Source: the human T2T-CHM13v2.0 reference genome, Homo sapiens
Strand: one strand, 5' to 3'
DNA length: 64,000 nucleotides
NCBI RefSeq assembly: GCF_009914755.1
Contig: NC_060925.1
Positions 53,562 to 64,000 of this stretch are shown in pieces (within the stretch, counting starts at the first letter, position 1; every line of letters begins with the position of its first letter). The translations under genes and the position numbers were made by a program. The notes under the pieces were generated by a model that ran no database searches, had not been told where the DNA came from, and was given only the letters and a program-made list of their open reading frames with translations.

Positions 53562-53974
53562 TTCTGGACAAGACAGAATTAGGATGAAAATGAAGAGATT
53601 ACGTGAACTGGAGAACCCCTTCTAACTTGAAAATACCTGTAGTGACCACAGTCTGACTTCTCCCTCCTCACATGAACCTTTTGGGGCATTCGATGAAGGA
53701 GCAGTCACTCCCTTCCTTCCCCAGTGGGGAACAGCAACAGATTCTGGCAGGTGAGTCTGCTGCAGAAGAGACAAGTTCTTATTTCAGCTGCGTGGAGCTG
53801 TGTCTGGGGCAGGTCGTTGACTTTGTCTCCTTAGGGTAAACAGCAGAACATGGATGGTGTTTGATGCCCGCATGAGTGAATGTACTCTTATTTTTACACA
53901 GTTATTTTTGACCATAAATTGCTGGATCTGCTGTAGAGCTCTCTGCAGTCATGACACACAGCTATTGATCCACC

Positions 53975-54379
53975 AAAGATCTATGCTCTCCATCCAAGCT
54001 GTAGGGATGTAATTGGGAACTGGCATTTCAGGTGGGGATCACATTTCCAGCCTCTATTATGTCTAGTAGGGCCATGTGACTGAGTTATGGATAAGAAATG
54101 TGGGCGGAAGTGTTGTGTGCCCCTTCCAGGCCTCACTTCTAAGGTGTTTCCTTCTCTCCCTTCCCCAACTAGTGACTGGATGGAGATGACCCAGGAAGGG
54201 GCCCTGTTGCCCAGGAAATGGGCTTGTCCTGAACCACAGCTTGAAGGAGAGCCACCGACTGATCAGGAATACCCAACTGGACTTTATTCCAGCAACATAC
54301 AAAGCATTACTGTGCTGGGCCATGGTATATTATTGGGTTTCTTTTATTAGAACACTTGGCATTACCTTCACTAATATAC
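53975..54379 (+). mobile_element. Old MLT1 (I/J-like) LTR
   Basis: cacatttccagcctct...ggccatgtgactgagtt...actaatataca. Confidence 0.6.
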
Positions 54380-54564
54380 ACTCATCATAGTAGACATTTT
54401 CACTAGTTATAGATGATATGCACTATTTTCCCTTCTGAAACAGAAATTTGCAGCAGCACTGCCAAAGGACAATAGATTTTTAAAAATCATAGAATGACTG
54501 GAGTTCATGTCTCTGCAAAGAACATCTAAGCCCTAAGCCATCCAGAGTGGATGAGGCATCTCTG

Positions 54565-54960
54565 CATGAGTTAAATTACACACTCCAGCTGCTGTAACCA
54601 AGAAGGAGTTTCACAGTGGTCAAAACGTCGTAGAAGTTTAGTTCTCATGCATGTAACAGTCCAAACGCAGCTCCACAGTGGCAAGGAGCCAGCGTCCTTT
54701 CTCTTGCTGTCCTGCTGTGCTCAAGAGGTGGCTTCTGTCTTTGAGTCCAACGTGGCTGCTCTGGCCCCAGCCATCATTTCTATACTCCAGCAGGTGGCAA
54801 GTGGGAAGAAGAAAGGGAGAGCTTATGCCTTTCATTTTAGGGACACATGGCCTAGTGCTGCTCACATCACCCTGCTCACCTTGTGTTGGGACCAGAGTCT
54901 AGTCACATGGCAGCAAATAGCTGTGAGGAATATTGGGAAAGGTTGTCTTTGGCTACTTGG
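54565..54960 (-). mobile_element. Old MaLR/LTR33-like remnant
   Basis: gctgctgtaacca...agaagtttagttctc...tagtcacatggc. Confidence 0.5.
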
Positions 54961-55006
54961 CCTCATGACCATCGGAAACTGCTGTACTACAAAAGGTGGG
55001 TTCTGA

Positions 55007-55394
55007 TCATCTTAGTTGGGAATGCTGTGACAAATGACCATAGCCTGGGGGCTTAAACAACAAACATTTATTTCACACAGTCCTGGAGGCTGGAGATCCA
55101 AGATCAAAATGCTGGCTGGCTTGGTGTCTGGTGAGGGCTTGCAGACAGCCACTTGTTGTATCCTCAAATGGTAGAGAGAGAGAGAGAAAGACAGAGAGAG
55201 ACAGAGAGAGGCAGAGAGAGAGAGAGGGAGCAAGCTCTCTTGAGCCTCTTATCAGGGCACTAATCCCATCTTGAGGGGTCCCTCCTCATGGCCTAATCAA
55301 TCATCTCCCAAACGCCTCAACTCCCAACACCATCATGTTGTGGGTGAGGGTTTCAGCACATGAATTTGGAGGGGACACAGACATTCAGTGTGCA
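55007..55394 (-). mobile_element. MLT1A-like LTR
   Basis: ggcttaaacaacaaacatttatttc...ctggaggctggagatccaagatcaa...gaatttggaggggacacagacattcag. Confidence 0.85.
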
Positions 55395-56067
55395 GAGGCT
55401 GCCACTGTGCCTCTCTGTCCCCATCCCTTTCCTGACACCTTAGAGTGTGTGTCCCCACAGGCAAGCAATGTCCTTCAGCATCTCTTCCCAGGAGCCCCTG
55501 AGCACCCGCTTCCCTCTCACTTTATTACTGCTCCTATCCATACAGGTTTGGGCAGGAGAACAGGAGCCACACTCAGTATTTAGAGGAAAGAGAGACAGAG
55601 AGCACAAGTGAGAGAGATTGACTTAATCCAGGAAATCAGAGGCTCACACAGACATTGGAAGGGAGCGGTGAAGGTCAGTTTTAGGAAACCCAGAAGTGCA
55701 GAGATGACGAGGAAGCCCCGAAATGCCCCTGGAAGCCCGCAGTGCCCAGTGAGCCATTCCCAGGGAACGCCTGGGAACCACCAGAGGCTGACAAGCCTGG
55801 AACCACTGGGGGAAGGGACCTGGGAAACTGGGGAGAACATGGAGGTGACGGGATGACGCTGAGTTGGAACGGACAACCCAATGCAGGCTTCCTCTCCTCG
55901 CTTCTCAGCCCAGCAGGGTGGCTGGCTCATTTGTGGGATTTATCACCAACTAAGGGTTTTCAGGGGGTTGAAAATGGCTCATTATCCCTCCTAGATAATG
56001 TTGCCTCTTAGTAGAGGATTTGATGCTTTGACCCAGACATGATTCCTCCTGTGGGCATGAAAATATA

Positions 56068-56163
56068 TATTTTTTCTTTTCAACTTTTAGTCTAAGTTCC
56101 AGGGTCCATGTGCAGGATGTGCAGGTTTGTTACATAGGCAGATGTGTGCCATGGTGGTTTGCT
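56068..56163 (-). mobile_element. L1P 3'-terminal fragment
   Basis: catgtgcaggatgtgcaggtttgttacatagg...gtgccatggtggtttgct. Confidence 0.85.
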
Positions 56164-56704
56164 TTGAAGCAGAGACTGGTGGGTGCGTAGCAAGGCCAGC
56201 TCCGCCCTGCTCCAGCCTCTCCTGGCTCTGCCCCCTGCCCTCCACTCAGCACTTGGTTTCTGCAGTCACCTCCCCTCTCCGGTCTCTCCGGGTATGGCCC
56301 CTCTCTGGGTCACTCCCATCAGCATTCATCCTCGTCTCCAGGCATGGGAGGTCTCCGTGACCCCATGCCCCTGAGCACCGCTGCCCTATTTCTCTGGTCC
56401 CTTTCTCTGGACCCTATTTCTCTGGTCCCTTTTGCGGCCAGAGTCCTCAGAAGAGCTGGCTGCCCACCGCCTCTCCTCCCGCCCCTCTGCTGAGGCTGTA
56501 TCGTGACCACCCCACCCCCCTGCCACATCACATCAGGGGGCCTGCCCTCTGTCCTCCTCTTCTGTTTCCTCTTCGTTGCTTTTCTCACGCTTGGCCCTTC
56601 ATCCCTTCTCTCCTGGGCTCCCCGGACCTCCTGCGCATGGGTTTCTTTCTGCCCCTGTCTCTTTCCCTGCATTCTTGTCCTCTTCTCGGCATTCTGTTTT
56701 CAGT

Positions 56705-57070
56705 CTGTCCCTCTGCCATGTGACTGTCCAGTACACGTGAGTACATGGGATATGTTCCCCAAACCATGGAGGCTGGGCTTAGCCATGTGACCTGCTTTGG
56801 CCAAGGATGTTTTGACAGCACTGCACAAGCAGAGGTCTCAGCTGTGCTTCTGCGGCGGCGGGGCTCCCCCCCGGGGCTCCTGTCACCTGTCTGGGGAGAA
56901 CGTGCTCCAGGCGCGGCCCTTCCAGAGAGTGTGGAATCCCCGGGGAAGCCCAGATGATCCACAGCCAGACGCTGGCTGAGGTTGAGAAACTGGCACTTGT
57001 TGATGTCAGCCACCGAGTTTGGAGTTTTGGAGTGGCTTGTCAGACAGCAGCATTGTAGCAATGGCCGAAT
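56705..57070 (+). mobile_element. Old MLT1 (F/G/H-like) LTR
   Basis: ctgggcttagccatgtgacctgctttggccaa...gccaccgagtttggag...cagcattgtagcaat. Confidence 0.6.
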
Positions 57071-57589
57071 CATCCATGAAGACGCTGAATTTCATTTTTG
57101 TTTTTTGTTACGGCAGCATAACTTTGCTGATCTGGTCTGTGACAAAATAACTTTTTCCTCTGTCAGTCTTTCTCTTTTCATTAAAAAAAAAAATGTAGTC
57201 ATTATTTACTCTCCTCCACTCCCTCTCCACTCCCATCTCTATGTCACAGTAAGTCCTGAGTTTGTGTCTCCACTGCCACCGCCGCCCTGGCCTACGCCTG
57301 CACCTGCTCCTGCCTGGACGGTGTTATAGCCCCCGGCGGGGGTGTCCCCGCTGCTGCCCAGGGCGGAGCAGATGCTGAGTGAAATTCTTCTGCACACTCC
57401 CTGCCTGCGTCCCCCAGGCCTCCTGGCTTCTTGTCGCTCTCCCCTCACACCCACCCTACTCCTCTTCCCTGTTTCCATTTGCACACGGCGCCCACCTTAC
57501 TCTGCCTGGAACGCTCTCTCTGCCTAGTGGCTGCCCACGGCCGGCTCCTCCTTATTGGCTCCTTTCCCACAGGCCATGCCCTGGGGAGA

Positions 57590-58520
57590 ACTGCGGTTCC
57601 ACCAATAAAACCGGAATCTGGACCTAGGAAGGACAGACTTCATTCAAAAGGATGACTGCAAAGAAGAGTGGTTGACTGCAGTGGGGAAGGGGCTATTGCT
57701 TGGGGGAGGGGAATATTTCTTTAGGGGAGGGAACTATTGCAGTGGGGGAAGGGACTATTGACGTGGAGATAGGAGACTCTCGCAGTGGGGATAGGGGCTA
57801 CTGAATGGGGAGGGGATCATTGCAATGAGGAGAATGATGTGTGTCAAAAGTAAAAGTTCCCCTTCAAAGTTTCCCTTCTTGTTAAAGAATAAATCATAAG
57901 TGTTAGAAATGATAGTTTCTTTTAAAGACTAACTTCCTTTAAGCCTCCTTACTTTATGCTAATAACTCTTTGTTGGGCCCTATCCTATGTAGCTGTTAAC
58001 CATGCTCACAGGCACGTAGTACATCCTATGTCCTTGTACCTTAACCAAAATATTTGTGCTGGACCTGCTCACAGGCACGCTCCAGCTTGCAGCCTATGCC
58101 TCTTCCCTATTTGGCTTAAGCAACTTTCTCTTTCTCTTTTTCTTTGTCTTTCCATTACTTTTACCTGTTTTAAAAAGTTTTAAACTGTTAGCCAATCAGG
58201 TTTTAGTTTAGATTGTGCCGCCTGGCTCCAGCCAATAGAGACAGGACACAGTAGCAGGGACAAACCGCCTAAGGGATAAAACTTGCTTCCCTCCTTTGTT
58301 CAGGTGTGCTTTTGCCATTGTTTCATCTGTGATGCTCACCCTTTCTGCAGAAAGTTAAAAATGGCCTTGTTGAGAGAATTAAATTTTTGTTCAAGTACTA
58401 TCTCTTTGTGGCACCGGGGAACAAGCATTCTATTTCTAAATAAACATTTTTACATATAAGAGTGTGACCATAAGCTCTGCGAGCTCTCAAGAGTTTGGCA
58501 GAAGGGGTTTTCTTTCAGCG
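57590..58520 (-). mobile_element. ERV1-like LTR remnant with ~21-bp internal repeats, host of LTR10
   Basis: Repeats of actattgcagtggggaaggg at 57670-57830; resumes after 58461. Confidence 0.5.
57842..58461 (+). mobile_element. LTR10C-like (HERV-I group) solo LTR
   Basis: cttgttaaagaataaatcataagtgttagaaa..., two AGCCAAT boxes; TSD atgtg/gtgtg. Confidence 0.8.
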
Positions 58521-58688
58521 TGGAGTCAACAAGGCTGAGCCATTCTTCTGTCTCCAGTTCCCATCCCGAAGGCTGACTCAGCATAGGCACTCACTAAATG
58601 TTTGTTGAGTGAGTGAATGGGCGGATGTTCACGGTCTCGGGCTGCACGGCTGAAAGGACAGGCCTGGCTGGGAATGAAGTGTGGTTGC

Positions 58689-58807
58689 GGCAGAGCCCAC
58701 GGGCTCTTGGGACTGCTCTACTGGCCTGAGTGGCAGGGTCCTGTGTGAGTGTGGCAGAGGCCATGGGCTCTTGGGACTGCTCTACCGGCCCGAGCGGCAG
58801 GGTTCTG
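58689..58807 (+). repeat. 2 x 64-bp tandem duplication
   Basis: ggcagag..ca.gggctcttgggactgctctac.ggcc.gag.ggcaggg at 58689 and 58753. Confidence 0.85.
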
Positions 58808-59749
58808 CTACCTGGAGCCCAGTCAGGCCCTGGCTGTCAGAAAAGCTCTCAGGGAAATCCCAGCTGGAGGGGCTTAGTGGGGTGAGGAAGAACTTCCTGT
58901 TAAGCAAGATATGAGCTGAGGGTGAGGAAGTGGGGAATTCCCTTCTCCAAGGATAACTTCAGGAACTCAAAGGGGACTGGGAGAGAGGCTTAGGGCGCAT
59001 GACCTTGAGCTCCTCACCTCTCCTGGCCTCAGTTTGCCCATCTAGAAATTGGTGGTATGGCATTAAAGGAGGATCTTTCTCTCCGCTGACTGCTGTTGGG
59101 CCCAGCGTGGCTGGGAAGGGTGTCCCTGGCCACCTCGCTGTTTGTCCTAGTCAGAGTCTGCAGGGTTCCTCATTTCATTTTCTCCCAATATAACAAAGTA
59201 GGGGGCCTGGGACCTTGGACCGGCATCATGTAGACTCATTGGATTCTGGAATCCTTGCTCCCTCCATCCTGGAATCTCTGCCCTATATTCCATGCTGCAG
59301 GCATCCATGCCCTGTCCTGCAACATGGTTTATATTCAACTTTCCCTGTCTCTTCTCCCCTGAGCTTGTCATTTCTGGAGGGCAGGGGCTGTGTGTGAGCT
59401 AGGCTTCCTCCCAATGGCTCAAGACGGAGCCTTGTATTCAGTAGGTACTCAGTATGCTCACGTAGATTCTGTTTGATCAAAATTGCATGTTCAGTCTGTA
59501 AGCCAGAATGGTGAGAAGCGGGTTGTGTGCAGGGAGGACGCGCTTATACTGTCAGAAGTGGTTGACTGGGCAGGAGTCTGTGGGGGTCTTCATTGCATCT
59601 GAGCTCCTTCTTTCTCCTTAGTCCTTTAGGGGTATAATTTGATACCCAGACACTTAGCAGACACCTCCTGTTGTCGCCCTCACAGTGTGGGGTGTGGGAG
59701 GGGTCCTGCCTGTCAGCTGGCCTGGGCTTGAAAGGATTCAGCCACGAGA

Positions 59750-59890
59750 ATCCATATTCTGTCATCTCCCAGCCTAGAGGGCCAGTGCATTACCCACACT
59801 TTACAGATGAGGAATTGGAGGCTCGGAAAAGCTTTAGAAACTTGCCCAAAGCCACATGGTTAGTGTGTGTTTGGAGCAAGATTTGAACTC
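59750..59890 (-). mobile_element. MIR remnant
   Basis: cccacactttacagatgaggaattggaggctc...aacttgcccaaagccaca...gatttgaac. Confidence 0.75.
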
Positions 59891-61158
59891 TCTCTTCAAG
59901 TCCCTGTGCCTGCTTGTGTGTGTGTGTGCGTTCATGGGTGTGCATCCACACAGACGTGTGTACACACATGCATAAGCATGAGCATGTGTGCCTGCGAGGG
60001 TGTACATGGACGTGTCTGTAAACCACACTGCTTGCCACGGTATGTCCCTCACTGAGTGGCTGGCCTGGCTGCATGGGCAACAGCGTGGATTAGGATATCC
60101 CGGGAAGCTCCTGGATCCAGGGCCATGAGGAGACTCTGGAGGGAATTCTTTCAGGCAGGAAGCCCTTGGAGCAGGAGGAGCTTGGCAGGAAGAGGCTGTG
60201 CCCTCCTTGCCCTTTGAGCCGCCTTTTCCCCCAGTGCCCCAGGTCCTGGCATGGGTAAAGTCCCCTTCCCCAGCCCCTAAGTGGCCTGTGGCTACTGCCG
60301 AGCCTCTGACCTGGTGTCCCAGTTCACCACCTCTCAGGAGGCCTGGGTCCCCCCAGTGCCACTCCAGGCCCGGAGGCGATGCAGCCTGGGGTCTGCAGGG
60401 ACTCTCTAGGGGTCTCCTCTACCCGGACACCATCTTAACCAAGCCCCTCCTTCCACCCTGTGCTATTCATTATTTTGTGTCCTTCAACACGGGACTAAGC
60501 TGGCTGAAGGGGGCAGAGGTTTGGGGTCACAACTCCAAGCTCTGAGAAGCCGGTTGGGTGGAAGCAGGTGGCCCCTGGTGTGTATCTCACAACACCTCCC
60601 TCCCCAGCCCCAGGGTGACCTGATTACCCCATTGTATTATTTAGGTTCAGAACATTCATCCACCCAACCCCTGGGGGCTGAATCCTGGCCTGGAGCCTCT
60701 GCTTCCCCAAACTTGCGGGGAAAAGCCTGGTCTTCTCTCTGTCCTTTCCCCACCAGCCAAACATCTTAAATCACCCTCATTTATTTGGCTAATTGAGGAG
60801 GAATGGTAGCAATGAGTTGGGCAGGTTGGTGAGTTTCTCTGAGACATTAATATTCTGATTCTGAGAGGGATCTGTCTGAATTCCTCAGTTACAGATAATA
60901 CAATTATATTTCTAAATTCTTCCCCTAAATTAGTACAGATGGTTAAAAATACTCGCCTTTTAATTAATCGTTGGAACAATAGTCTTATGAATACAAATGA
61001 ATCATTATCCCCTTCTACAGATGGCAGGGGAGGGGCAGGGGAGGGGCAGCTGCGGATTTGTCGGTGGTCCTGTCCCTGGAGGTCGAAGGTTGTGGGGTCT
61101 CAGCCGGATGGCAGGGCTGGGCCTCAGTGAAATTGGGAGTTGTAGCCCCCGGGGATAG

Positions 61159-61505
<347 letters not shown>

Positions 61506-61984
61506 TCCTGCCTCTTAAATCCTGTTAGCCTTTGGTTGTGACTTTTGTTTCCCAGGCGGGACTGAGAGAGCTGCCCTCTGCCTGAGGAGCCCTTTTGGTT
61601 GAGAAGAGTTTGGAAAGGAAAGATCTTAGTCTTTCAAGCAGGATGCCGTGTCTCTGTCCTCTCCTTCCGGATCTGGTTAGGAACTCCCTTGTCCTCCTTC
61701 CAGGCTCAGCCCCAGTGTTCCCTCTGATGTGAGGCTGGCGTGACCTCTCAGGCAGTTTTCCTCGCATTTTCCTCTGTGTGTGTGTGCGTGGGTGTGCGCT
61801 TTCTAGAAGGTGTGTTCGGTGCCATCACTGAGATGTGACTGTTGCTGTTGTGTGTCTATCCATCCCACAGGCAGCCCCGAGTCTTCTTTTGTGTCCCTGG
61901 ATTCTAGCACAGGGCTGGCCTTGGAGAAGGCCAAGCACCACTGAAATCACTGTGCTTTAAAATTCAAAGCCAAATTCAATCCTG

Positions 61985-64000
<2,016 letters not shown>

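Noticed and set aside
54440-54470. miR-15/16-like AGCAGCAC
   Set aside because: No hairpin and no match beyond the seed.

Overview
Human (primate) genomic DNA, GC-rich and repeat-dense, almost entirely non-coding. The only supportable coding sequence is a 15-nt minus-strand exon part (ATG AGG AGC CGG AAG = MRSRK, then an AAG|GTGAGG donor). This matches the N-terminus of C1orf174 as I recall it, which would place the window at 1p36.32. A CpG island (~1.6-3.4 kb) looks like a bidirectional promoter for C1orf174 (leftward) and a head-to-head lncRNA (LINC01134, rightward, to ~17.4 kb). At ~42-54.5 kb there are splice and poly(A) signals for an overlapping sense/antisense lncRNA pair, probably LINC01346/LINC01345; these names come from memory of the locus and are unverified. 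The rest is ~22 Alus, old L1M fragments, many MaLR/ERV solo LTRs (several nested, some with target-site duplications), a MER85 piggyBac MITE, and three very large simple-repeat expansions seeded inside transposons. The most notable structure is the promoter island, built from three different tandem arrays: a ~30-bp GC-box array, a ~65-bp array carrying ~15 co-oriented YY1-like motifs, and a ~54-bp CCAAT/GC-box array whose GC boxes are inverted relative to the first. Repeat subfamily names are by eye and need RepeatMasker/Dfam confirmation. Almost all ORFs in the supplied track are spurious.
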